Shown in pieces: positions 9,788-18,609 of a stretch of 64,000 bases of DNA; the stretch's first letter is position 1; each line of letters starts with the position of its first letter. The stretch covers positions 2,784,001 through 2,848,000 of the forward strand of contig CAVXGK010000002.1 of the NCBI GenBank assembly GCA_963761305.1. The letters are read 5' to 3'. The notes under the pieces are model-generated. The model worked only from the letters and a program-made list of their open reading frames with translations. It ran no database searches and was not told where the DNA came from. A program made the translations under genes and the position numbers. This DNA comes from an uncultured Gemmatimonadaceae bacterium. GTDB taxonomy: Bacteria; Gemmatimonadota; Gemmatimonadetes; Gemmatimonadales; Gemmatimonadaceae.

Positions 9788-10651
9788 ATGCGCTCCGTGC
9801 GATGCGATGCCTGCGGCGCCAAGGCGCTCATGGCTGCATCTCAGTGTCCGAAGTGCGGGCACTTGTTCGAGGTGCGAGACGGGTTCGGCGAGCTGCTCCC
9901 GCTCGCTTACTGCTCGAGCTGCGAGTCGTACTATCCCGCGCATTTGGGATCTTGCAAGTGGTGCGGGACGACGCCCGAGGCGGCGCCCAAGGCGCCGCTG
10001 ATCTGGAAAGGCGCGGCCATCGGAGGACTCATCGCCGCGGCGTGGCTCGGCGGATTCTTCATGCTGCGCGAACCGAAGCACAAGACGGCGACGCGCGCGC
10101 GCGCGACGGCTCAATCGCGGCCCGGGACGAGCACGCCGGCCGACAGCGTCATCGCCATCGGCGAGTGGGTCCCGGTGGACTCGGCGCCGTCGAATGATCC
10201 CGTGATGGCTGGGGGGGGGACTGGAGGGGCCGTGGTCGTGCCCGTCGTGGCCACCTCGAACGTACCGGTCGTGACCGCACCCGACGTCGTCGTGCCACAA
10301 GGGGCCGCAACGCGAGCGGCACCACGCGCGAGCGCGGCGCCGGTTCCGTTCAACAATTCATATTCTGGAATGCCGGCGGGAACGCCGAAGGTTTCGTCGT
10401 CGAAATCGCGATCGGCGTCGCGATGGGTTCCGTCGGTCGCGCGGAGCTGGGTCATCGTTCGAAGCGACGCGCGACAGGATTCGCGCATCGTCGCCTCGGT
10501 GGGGCCCGCGTCGCGGGTCATGCTGGGCGAATCGCAGGGCTCGTGGCGCCGGCTTCGATCGCGCGACATCGTCGGGTGGGTGGATCTGCGGCGTTCGTCA
10601 TTCGCGGCGTTACGGAGCTCGGCCCGAGCGAACGGACTGGCGTCGCGGTAG
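9788..10651 (+). CDS. Double zinc-ribbon / TM / linker / SH3b-like protein
   Basis: Four CxxC pairs, one TM, Pro/Ala/Ser-rich linker, and C-terminal VIVRS......IV..V...GE..G.W......GWV. Confidence 0.7.
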   Translation: MRSVRCDACGAKALMAASQCPKCGHLFEVRDGFGELLPLAYCSSCESYYPAHLGSCKWCGTTPEAAPKAPLIWKGAAIGGLIAAAWLGGFFMLREPKHKTATRARATAQSRPGTSTPADSVIAIGEWVPVDSAPSNDPVMAGGGTGGAVVVPVVATSNVPVVTAPDVVVPQGAATRAAPRASAAPVPFNNSYSGMPAGTPKVSSSKSRSASRWVPSVARSWVIVRSDARQDSRIVASVGPASRVMLGESQGSWRRLRSRDIVGWVDLRRSSFAALRSSARANGLASR

Positions 10652-10697
10652 ACGCTGACGCCGCGCGCTTTACACCCACTCGTCCAAACGTGGTCGA

Positions 10698-10865
10698 CCG
10701 GGATGCATCGGTCTGCGCGGCGACGAGCCGCGGGATGAACTGACACAAACCGATTGAATGGACGACGACTGAGACAACAACATGGTTGTCATCCGTCGGG
10801 TTCAGTTCAATCCATTGGCGTCTGTTTCCCCGCGGCTGTCAATTCGGCGAGGGGAGGCATCCCGG
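10698..10865. other. Intergenic long irregular hairpin (nested inverted repeats)
   Basis: CCGGGATGC 10698-10706 / GCATCCCGG 10857-10865; AGCCGCGGG 10726-10734 / CCCGCGGCT 10829-10837; GATTGAA 10752-10758 / TTCAATC 10806-10812; GACAAC 10773-10778 / GTTGTC 10785-10790. Confidence 0.65.
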
Positions 10866-10908
10866 CGAGGCCCGTGAGAGTAGGTTAGGTCGGCACCCTT
10901 CAGGAAAC

Positions 10909-12357
10909 GTGTCTGTGCGGCATTCAGCAATTCGGTTCGCGTTGGCATCGCGTGTCGCCGGCGCCCTGCTCGGACTGTCGTGCGCATTGACGTTCGCGAG
11001 AGCGCAGACGCTGACGATCGGGAACGCCACGGTCATCGACGTCTCGACCGGCACGATGCATCGCGGAACGACCGTCGTCGTCGACGGCAATCGCATCGCC
11101 AGCGTCGGCCCATCGGCGACGACGCGTGCGCGGGGGAGAGTCGTCGACGCCAAGGGCATGTACCTGATTCCCGGACTGTGGGACATGCACACCCACGCCT
11201 ACTTCGGCTGGCCGCGCGATTTCGGCGACGACTACGTGCTGCCGATGTTCATCGCCAACGGGATCACCGGCATTCGCGACATGGGGAGCGATCTCGACGC
11301 CGTGCTCCGCGCGCGCAGCGAAGTCGCGGCACATCGGCTCGTGGGTCCGCGGATGGTCGTCTCCGGCCCGATGCTCGACGGGCCGAAGGTCGCGTTCGCG
11401 GCGTCGATCGCGATCGCCACGCCGGACGACGGTCGCAAGGCCGTCGACATGCTCAAGGCGAGAGGCGTCGACTTCATCAAGGTCCAGTCGGGCGTGCCGC
11501 GCGACGCCTACTTCGCGATCGCGAGCGAGGCCAAGAAGGACGGCATCGTGTTCGAGGGACACGTGCCGGACGCGATTCGCGCGTCGGAAGCGATCGCCGC
11601 GGGCCAGCGAACGTTCGAGCATCTCATCGGCATCTTCGAGGCGAGCACGCCGGACGAGGCGTCCTTCATCAAGCGACGCTACGGCGCCGGGAAGGACTCG
11701 TCAGCCAACAAGAGCCTCGCCGCGTTTCTCGATCGCTACGACTCGGCGCGCGAGGCGAGCATCATCCAGCTGATCGCGAAGAACAATGTGTGGCAATGCC
11801 CCACGTTGTTCTGGGAGCGCGGACAGTGGCTCGTCGACACGGTGGACTACGCGAAAGATCCGGACCTCGCGTTCACGCCGCGCACGTGGATCGACAAGAA
11901 GTATCCGTCGATGCGAAAGTCGATCGTCGGAAGCATGGACACCGATCCGCTCGCCGTGCGCCGGCGATTCGTGCAGCACGAGCTCGACATCGTGCGCAAG
12001 CTGCACGCGGCGGGCGTGCCGTTTCTGGCGGGCACCGACACTCCGGCGGGAGTGGACGTGACGCCGGGCATCAGCCTGCACCTCGAGCTGCAGCGCTTCG
12101 TCGCCGCCGGATTCACGCCGCTCGAAGCGCTGCAGACGGCGACGATCAATCCCGCACGCTTTTACGGAAAGACGTCCGACTATGGAAGCGTCGAGCCCGG
12201 ACGCTTCGCGGATCTCGTCATCCTGCGGGCAAATCCGCTCGACGACGTCGCGAACACGCGGTCGATCGCCGGCGTGGTCGCCGATGGCAGGTATTGGTCA
12301 CAGGCCGACGTCGACCAACTTCGCGATCGGCTGAAGGCCGTCGCGGCGAAACGCTGA
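10909..12357 (+). CDS. Secreted amidohydrolase family protein
   Basis: Signal peptide; PGLWDMHTH, FEGH, FEH, AGTD, G.VEPG..ADLVIL.ANPL. Start approximate. Confidence 0.9.
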   Translation: MSVRHSAIRFALASRVAGALLGLSCALTFARAQTLTIGNATVIDVSTGTMHRGTTVVVDGNRIASVGPSATTRARGRVVDAKGMYLIPGLWDMHTHAYFGWPRDFGDDYVLPMFIANGITGIRDMGSDLDAVLRARSEVAAHRLVGPRMVVSGPMLDGPKVAFAASIAIATPDDGRKAVDMLKARGVDFIKVQSGVPRDAYFAIASEAKKDGIVFEGHVPDAIRASEAIAAGQRTFEHLIGIFEASTPDEASFIKRRYGAGKDSSANKSLAAFLDRYDSAREASIIQLIAKNNVWQCPTLFWERGQWLVDTVDYAKDPDLAFTPRTWIDKKYPSMRKSIVGSMDTDPLAVRRRFVQHELDIVRKLHAAGVPFLAGTDTPAGVDVTPGISLHLELQRFVAAGFTPLEALQTATINPARFYGKTSDYGSVEPGRFADLVILRANPLDDVANTRSIAGVVADGRYWSQADVDQLRDRLKAVAAKR

Positions 12358-12414
12358 CGCGCGAGACCGGAGCACCGTTGGTGGCGGGCGTCGGTCTCGC
12401 GCGTCGTGCGATGC

Positions 12415-12999
12415 TTAATTGCCACCGCGCCCGGTGCGCGGGAGCGCCGACGGCGGCAAGATGCCGTTGAGGCGCATGTAGTTCGCCAACTGGCTGTAGT
12501 GATCCGCCATGTCGAGCGCGTGGCCGAGCACCATCGCCGCGCGGGTGGTTTGTCTCGGCTGACCGCCCATCGTGAACGAGATCGCGTCGCCCAGGTTCGC
12601 GTCGGTGACCTGCGCGAGCGCGTCGTCGCAATACTTGATCGATGCTTTGAGCTTGGCCACGAGCGAGTCCTTCGGCCATTTCGCTTTCACGGAGTCGGGC
12701 GTTGTCGTGTCGGACGCGGCCATCGTCGGCTGCAGCGGGCCGAACTTGGTGCAAAAGAGATAATTGTCGCTCGCCACGTGCTGCGCGATGTAGCCAATGG
12801 TGAGCTGCGCCGGCGTGGGCTTGTAACTGAACTTCGATTCGGGGATCGAATCGAACGCCTGAGCGATGTTGCGATGAAGGCCGCCGATGCGGCCGCGGAA
12901 TGCGGTGGTGATTGGATTGGCTGTCGCCGGCGCCGGCTGCTGCGCGGCGAGACTCAGCGGCAGAAAGACGGCGAGAATGGCGGAACGCGAAATCTTCAT
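12415..12999 (-). CDS. Secreted DinB family protein
   Basis: Signal peptide MKISRSAILAVFLPLSLAAQ; IPE.KF.YKPT...T.G..AQH; DHYSQL..YMRL.GI.PP. Confidence 0.85.
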   Translation of the reverse strand: MKISRSAILAVFLPLSLAAQQPAPATANPITTAFRGRIGGLHRNIAQAFDSIPESKFSYKPTPAQLTIGYIAQHVASDNYLFCTKFGPLQPTMAASDTTTPDSVKAKWPKDSLVAKLKASIKYCDDALAQVTDANLGDAISFTMGGQPRQTTRAAMVLGHALDMADHYSQLANYMRLNGILPPSALPRTGRGGN

Positions 13000-13155
13000 A
13001 CGTGCTCCCATGAAGGTGGCAGGGTCAAGACTGTGATAGTGGATACGCAAGGCGATTTGCGCAACGGTCGCGAGCGTGGCAGCGTTGACAGCGATATTGG
13101 CCGCGATTTACAGAATCTTGACACTCGGCATCGTCAGCGCTCCATCCGACTCCCC

Positions 13156-13677
13156 ATGGATTTCACAAACTCTTTCCTCGCGCGTTCCCGTTACTATCTC
13201 GCGACCGAGTACCGCATCAAGATCCGCGCGGCGGTCGAGACACTTCCAGACGGCACGTTGTGGAGTCGGCCGAACGAGGAATCGAACAGCGTCGGCAACC
13301 TGCTCCTGCATCTCGCCGGCAACGTGCGGCAGTGGATCGTGTCGGGCGTCGGCGGAGCGAGCGACACTCGCAACCGCGCGAGCGAATTCTCGGCGCGAGA
13401 TGGTGCCGACGCGGCGACGCTCCTCGCCGCCCTCGACGCCGTATTGGACGACGCCGACGCCGTGCTCGCCAGACTCACCGAGGCAGATCTGGCGACGACG
13501 CGCACAATTCAGGGTCGCGACGTAGAGGTGCTGGAGGCCGTCTACCACGTCGTCGAACATTTCTCCGGCCACGTCGGGCAGATCGTGCTGATCGCCAAGA
13601 TGCATTCGCCGGGTGCCGTTGGTTTCTACGAAGACGCGGGCGGATTGGCGCGTCCGGTCTGGCCGTCGTTCAAGTAG
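13156..13677 (+). CDS. DinB/DUF1572 family protein
   Basis: LW.RPNE.SNSVGNLLLHL.GN.RQW...R.R..EF; HVVEHFS.HVGQI. Confidence 0.88.
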   Translation: MDFTNSFLARSRYYLATEYRIKIRAAVETLPDGTLWSRPNEESNSVGNLLLHLAGNVRQWIVSGVGGASDTRNRASEFSARDGADAATLLAALDAVLDDADAVLARLTEADLATTRTIQGRDVEVLEAVYHVVEHFSGHVGQIVLIAKMHSPGAVGFYEDAGGLARPVWPSFK

Positions 13678-13775
13678 CGAGACGAGCGTGGCCGGCGTGA
13701 CCGTGAGCTGTCATCCTGGTGTCAGGCGGCAGCGCATACAATAGAAGCAGCTCCCTCCTCTTCCAAGAGACTCAC

Positions 13776-14837
13776 ATGCGCCGATTGCCCACTCGCGCGA
13801 CGCTCGCCGTCGCGGCTGCTCTCCTCGCCATTCCCGCCGCGTCGCGCGCGCAGAAGTTCACGGCGACCAAGGTCGACATCGGCGGTGAGGGCGCCTTCGA
13901 TTATCTCTCGGTCGACACCGCGACGGGACGCGTGTTCGTGTCGCGCGGCACGCGCATCCAAGTCGTCGACGGCGCGACCGGCAAAGCGGCGGGCGAAATA
14001 CCAAACACGCCCGGCACGCACGGCGCGCTCATCGTGAATTCCGCGAAGCGCGGCTTCACCACGAACGGACGCGACTCGACGTCGACGATGTTCGACCTGG
14101 CGTCGCTCGCCATCGTCAAGCAGATCCACGCCGGCCAGTCCGGTCTCGACGGCTTCATGTACGACGACGCGACGAACAAGGTGCTCACGATCGACCACAG
14201 CCGAGCGCCGGCGGGCGGCACCGCGGTGGTGATCGATCCGAACAGCGGCGACGTGGTCGGAACGGTGACGACGTCGGGTTCCGCGCCGGAGGGCGGCGTG
14301 AGCGACGGCAAGGGACGGATCTTCATCAATCTCGAAGACACCGACGCGACGGACGTGATCGACACGAAGACGTGGAAGGTCGTCGCCACGTGGCCCGTCG
14401 CGCCGTGCAAAGGTCCGACGGGAATCGCGATGGACCGCGCGTCCAACCGCATCTTCGTCGGCTGCAGCAACACGTCGATGGTGCTCGATGCGTCGAGCGG
14501 AAAGGTCGTTGCGCAGATCACGAACGGCGGCGGCGTGGATGGCATCGCGTGGGATCAGTCGCAGAAGCTGCTCTACATTCCCAGCGGTGCGGACGGTAAC
14601 GTGACCGTCGTGCACGAGGACTCGCCCGACAAGTACACCACGGTGGAGACCGTTCCGACCATGCGCGGCGCGAGAACGATCGCCATCGATACCAAGACGC
14701 ACACCGCGTACGTCTTCACGCCGGAGTACGGTCCGGCTCCGGCGCCCGCGCCGGGTTCACCGCCGCCGGCGGCCGGCCGCGGTCGAGGGCCGCGCGGACC
14801 GCAGCTCGCGGCGTGGCTCTTCGCGATCAAGCACTAG
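13776..14837 (+). CDS. Secreted YncE-like beta-propeller protein
   Basis: Signal peptide; G.G.FDYL..D....RVFVSRG, RGFTTNG, C..PTGIA.D....RIFVGC, GART.A.D. Confidence 0.85.
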   Translation: MRRLPTRATLAVAAALLAIPAASRAQKFTATKVDIGGEGAFDYLSVDTATGRVFVSRGTRIQVVDGATGKAAGEIPNTPGTHGALIVNSAKRGFTTNGRDSTSTMFDLASLAIVKQIHAGQSGLDGFMYDDATNKVLTIDHSRAPAGGTAVVIDPNSGDVVGTVTTSGSAPEGGVSDGKGRIFINLEDTDATDVIDTKTWKVVATWPVAPCKGPTGIAMDRASNRIFVGCSNTSMVLDASSGKVVAQITNGGGVDGIAWDQSQKLLYIPSGADGNVTVVHEDSPDKYTTVETVPTMRGARTIAIDTKTHTAYVFTPEYGPAPAPAPGSPPPAAGRGRGPRGPQLAAWLFAIKH

Positions 14838-14902
14838 ATCGGCGGACCGACGGCAATTGGCAGATTCGGCGCGCGGGATCCGTAGAGACGGCCGCTAGGC
14901 GG

Positions 14903-16510
14903 CTAGGCCAGCTCCAACGCTCGCGGGTCGCCCATCGGCGGCGATGGCTCGATAGCATCCGCGGCCGGCAACAGTAGCTCGAAGACGCTTCCCCCGCCGA
15001 ATCGCGGCGCGTAGGCGAGACGCCCACCCTGCAATTCGGCCAACCGCCGCGCGATCGACAACCCGAGTCCTGCGTGTCCAACGTCGGGCGATTCCGACTT
15101 CGGACGATAGAACGGTTCGAAAATCCGCTCGCGTTCCGCGGCGGCGACGCCCGGGCCGCGATCCGCGACGCGGATCGCCAGCCAGGATCCTTCGCGCGTT
15201 GCGTGCACCTCGACCGCCCCTCCGGGACGGGTGTAGCGAATCGCATTGTCGATCAGGTTGCCGACGATCCGCAACGACTGCACGAAATCGAAATAGCCGG
15301 CGAGCGCCGGCGAATCGAAATCCAGGTGCGGGATGATCGATCGATCCTGCGCGATCCCCGCGGCCCGTCGAATGGCCGCGCCGACCAGGTCCTCAGCGGT
15401 ATTCAGCTCGAGATCGAGGGCGATTCCGCCGGCGCGGATTCGCGACAGATCGAGCACATTCGTCACGAGGTCCGCCAGGCGGTCGACCTCCGCCTCGATG
15501 GACTCTCCACTCGCCTCGCCGCGCGCGGTGGCTCGCTGCGCGAGCAACTTGATGGTAGTGAGTGGCGTGCGCAGGTCGTGCGACACGGTGGCCAGCACTT
15601 CGTCTTTAGCGCGGCTCTCTTCGCGCAGCGCGTTGGCACGCTCCATCTCACGCGCCAAACGCAGTCGCTCGGCGCCGAGCGCGGCATAGTAGCCGATCGC
15701 CGACAGAAAGCGACGGGCCGGCGCATCCAAGTCGCGCGGCTCGCCGTGTCGCTGGATGTACATGAGCCCGACGCGTCGCGATTCCACAACCAGCGGCACG
15801 ATGAGCGAGACGATCACATGCGACTCCGCCACGTTGTCGAGTGGCCCGCGCAGCATCGATCCGTCGGGCAGCTCGGCGGCGGCGTGAGTGGCACGTTCCT
15901 CGGCCGCGTCGACCGCGATGATTTCCAATCGCTTCGCTTCGCCATCGAGCGGCTCGAGGCCGCTCGCGGCCACGGCATCCGCTGCCAGATTCCCGGTCTC
16001 ATCAAAGAGCCAGATCGCCGTTCGACGCGAGTAGAGCGCGTCCTGCACGAGGTTGGTGATGGCGAGGAGCGCCTCCTCGGGTCGCGCGTACCGAAGTGTC
16101 TGCGAGCCGATCAACGAGAGCGACGCGATTTCGTCGCCGCGCTGGCGCGCCGCCGCCGATTCCTCGCGCGCGCGCGTCAGCAGCTCGGTGGCGACGAAGG
16201 CCGCGGCGAGGAACGCCCCCAAGACGACCCAGTCGAGCGGCTTGTCGACGGAGATCAGCCCGTATGGAGGCTGAAAGAAGTAATCGATGATGACGAAGCC
16301 GAGCACGGCGAGCGTGAACCCGAGGGCTCGGCCCCCACCGGCGCTCCCGCCGAGGACGACGAGCAGCAGCGTGAGCGACACGTGCGACTGATCGATCTCG
16401 CCGCGAACCCATAGCATGACCGACGCGGCGGCGACGAGCATTCCGAGCCAGAAGGCCCATCGAGCCGCGAGGCCGCGGTCAGTCCTCGTCGCTGGCCAAC
16501 CGATATCCAT
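14903..16510 (-). CDS. KdpD-like sensor histidine kinase (DUF4118-type TM domain + GAF-like + HisKA/HATPase; no N-terminal KdpD/USP domains)
   Basis: Four TMs with DYFFQPPY; SHDLRTPLT H-box; NLIDNAIRY, DRGPGV, IFEPFYR, GLGLSI. Confidence 0.9.
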   Translation of the reverse strand: MDIGWPATRTDRGLAARWAFWLGMLVAAASVMLWVRGEIDQSHVSLTLLLVVLGGSAGGGRALGFTLAVLGFVIIDYFFQPPYGLISVDKPLDWVVLGAFLAAAFVATELLTRAREESAAARQRGDEIASLSLIGSQTLRYARPEEALLAITNLVQDALYSRRTAIWLFDETGNLAADAVAASGLEPLDGEAKRLEIIAVDAAEERATHAAAELPDGSMLRGPLDNVAESHVIVSLIVPLVVESRRVGLMYIQRHGEPRDLDAPARRFLSAIGYYAALGAERLRLAREMERANALREESRAKDEVLATVSHDLRTPLTTIKLLAQRATARGEASGESIEAEVDRLADLVTNVLDLSRIRAGGIALDLELNTAEDLVGAAIRRAAGIAQDRSIIPHLDFDSPALAGYFDFVQSLRIVGNLIDNAIRYTRPGGAVEVHATREGSWLAIRVADRGPGVAAAERERIFEPFYRPKSESPDVGHAGLGLSIARRLAELQGGRLAYAPRFGGGSVFELLLPAADAIEPSPPMGDPRALELA

Positions 16511-17216
16511 AGCCCGGTTCGGTGAGAATGATGCGAGGTTGCGCGGGGTCGCGCTCGATCTTGCGACGCAGATGTGTGACGTACACCCGAAGGTACTGTT
16601 GCGGGTTCCCGTACTCGCGGCCCCAGACCGCGTCGAAGATCTGCTGGTGACTCACGGGGCGCCCGCCGTGGACCACCAGACTCCGCAAAATGTTCCACTC
16701 GGTCGGCGTGAGCTTGATCTTCATCGAATCGCGACGCACCTCGCGCTGCGCGAGATCGATCGCCAATCCGTCGACCTCGACCCCGGCAGCCTCGTCACTG
16801 CGAGGCGTCCGAGTGCGTCGCAACTGTGCCTGCACGCGTGCCACGAGCTCGCCGAGCCCGAACGGTTTGCTCACGTAGTCGTCGGCGCCGGCGTTCAACA
16901 GCCGAATCTTTTCCGCTTCGGCGTGGCGCGCCGACAGCACGACGATGGGGGCCGACGACCAGCGTCGTATTTGCCGACACACCTCGAGCCCTTGCCGGTC
17001 CGGCAATCCCAGATCGAGCACCACGAGGTCGGGTGATTCGGACAACGCGGTGGCCACCGCTTCGGCGCCCGTTCGCGCTTCGAGAACGCGCGCCGGCAGC
17101 GCCATGAGACTGTCGCTCAACGCGCGCCGGACCTGGGTCTCGTCGTCGACGATCAGGATCACGGGCGCCTTTGCCGAGCGCATGAAGGCAGGCGGGATGG
17201 AGGCTGGGAGCGTCAC
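16479..17216 (-). CDS. KdpE-like OmpR-family response regulator
   Basis: ILIVDD, LDLGLPD, GADDYVSKPF, LTPTEW, YLRVYVTHLRRKIE.DP..PR.I.TEPG.GYR. GTG at 17216 overlaps the TolC stop (GTGA). Confidence 0.92.
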   Translation of the reverse strand: MTLPASIPPAFMRSAKAPVILIVDDETQVRRALSDSLMALPARVLEARTGAEAVATALSESPDLVVLDLGLPDRQGLEVCRQIRRWSSAPIVVLSARHAEAEKIRLLNAGADDYVSKPFGLGELVARVQAQLRRTRTPRSDEAAGVEVDGLAIDLAQREVRRDSMKIKLTPTEWNILRSLVVHGGRPVSHQQIFDAVWGREYGNPQQYLRVYVTHLRRKIERDPAQPRIILTEPGYGYRLASDED

Positions 17217-18466
17217 GGCGCCACGGACACGACGTCGCTCGCTGCCGCGGCGTTGAGCGCGTAGACGCCGACCCAATAATCGTGCAACGCGGTGAGGTAG
17301 TCGGACCGAACGTCGCGCTGCGCGCGCACCGCATCGAGCACGTCGAGCAGCGAGGCGGCGCCTCGCGAATACGCGTACTGCACGGCCGCGACTCCTGCGT
17401 CGATCTTCGCCAACAGCCCCGACCGGTATCGCTCGACCAGCTCTCGTTGCGCCGTGTACTCGGCGAGCGCCGCCACGACGTCGCGCTCGACCTGCGCGTC
17501 GGCGCGACGCGCGTTCACCGATGCGGCGTTGGCTCCCGCCGCCGCGCGCTCGCGCTCGCCGCGGTACACGTTGAGACTCGGCAGCTCGAACGATAGGCCG
17601 AACGAGTAGAAGTGACCGTTGTCGAACGGACCGGTCGTCTGTCTCACGTACGACAATTGTGGCGTGGGGACGAGCAGCGACGCCGCCGCGCGTCGTGCCG
17701 ATTCGCTCTGCATCACGCGCTGCTGCGCCGCGAGAGCATCCGGACGATGCACGCGCGCGGCGGCGAGCACCGAATCGCCGTTCACTCGCGACTCCCGGTA
17801 CTCCAACGATCCGACCGCGGCGAACGCGGTGTCGGTGTGCGCGCTGCCGATCGCGCTCTGCAGCGCGAGCCGCTCCGCCCGGACCGCACCGCGCTGGCGC
17901 TCGAGGTCAGCCTCGGTTCTCACCAGCTCGACCTCGCTGCGCGCCAGGCTCAGTGCGGGAACGTCCCCCGCTTCGAAGCGGGCGGAATCAGCGCGAAGGA
18001 TCTGCGCGATCGCGTCGCGGTTGGCAGCGGCCAGTTGGAGCTGTTCCTGGCCGAGCAGTGCGTCGAAGAAGCTGCGCGCGACGTTGAGCGTGACTTGGCG
18101 ATCCACGTCGCGCCGGTCGAACGAGACCGCCTCCGCGCCAAACGACGCCGTCCTCGTTCGATAGTGGCGCTGCGGCGTGACGTCGAGCGCAATCGTCGCC
18201 GAGTACTGGTAGGGAGAATTCGGCGCGGCGGCGAGTACCGGATTCGGCAGCGCGGCGGCGATGTGGCGCTCGGCAGCCGCCGAATCAACCGTCGCGCGAC
18301 TGACGAGCACGTCGGGGTTTTCTCGCAACGCGCGCCGGATTGCTTCGGGCAGGGTGATCCCCACGGTTCGGTTCTCGGCGGCGCCTTGCGCGCGCGCACT
18401 CCCGGCCGCCGAGAGAAGGCTGAGTGCGGAGCAGATTACGATCGAGCGAGAGACCGCGAGCGTCAT
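17213..18466 (-). CDS. TolC/CzcC-family outer-membrane efflux protein
   Basis: Signal peptide; TL.EAI..AL.ENP, RF.AGDV, YSRG.ASLLDVLDA.R. Confidence 0.88.
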   Translation of the reverse strand: MTLAVSRSIVICSALSLLSAAGSARAQGAAENRTVGITLPEAIRRALRENPDVLVSRATVDSAAAERHIAAALPNPVLAAAPNSPYQYSATIALDVTPQRHYRTRTASFGAEAVSFDRRDVDRQVTLNVARSFFDALLGQEQLQLAAANRDAIAQILRADSARFEAGDVPALSLARSEVELVRTEADLERQRGAVRAERLALQSAIGSAHTDTAFAAVGSLEYRESRVNGDSVLAAARVHRPDALAAQQRVMQSESARRAAASLLVPTPQLSYVRQTTGPFDNGHFYSFGLSFELPSLNVYRGERERAAAGANAASVNARRADAQVERDVVAALAEYTAQRELVERYRSGLLAKIDAGVAAVQYAYSRGAASLLDVLDAVRAQRDVRSDYLTALHDYWVGVYALNAAAASDVVSVAP

Positions 18467-18514
18467 GACAGGAATACATGGTACCCGCGCACGAGACGCG
18501 CCGAACGTGCGTCC

Positions 18515-18558
18515 TTTTTAGCGCGTTTTTAGCGCGCGCTTAACGATGTCTTAGCCTC
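18515..18558. promoter_or_regulatory. Four tandem direct repeats with 11-bp period (OmpR/KdpE-type operator) in the divergent promoter
   Basis: TTTTTAGCGCG TTTTTAGCGCG CGCTTAACGAT GTCTTAGCCTC; TTA cores at 18518, 18529, 18540 and 18551. Confidence 0.7.
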
Positions 18559-18609
18559 ACGACCGAGCGGCCTGGCGATCCTTCGCCTGACTCGATTGGG
18601 AGCTCGCTG

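Noticed and set aside
12406..13155. N-terminal extension of the 423-aa ORF
   Set aside because: Antisense shadow of the secreted DinB gene. The real CDS starts at 13156.
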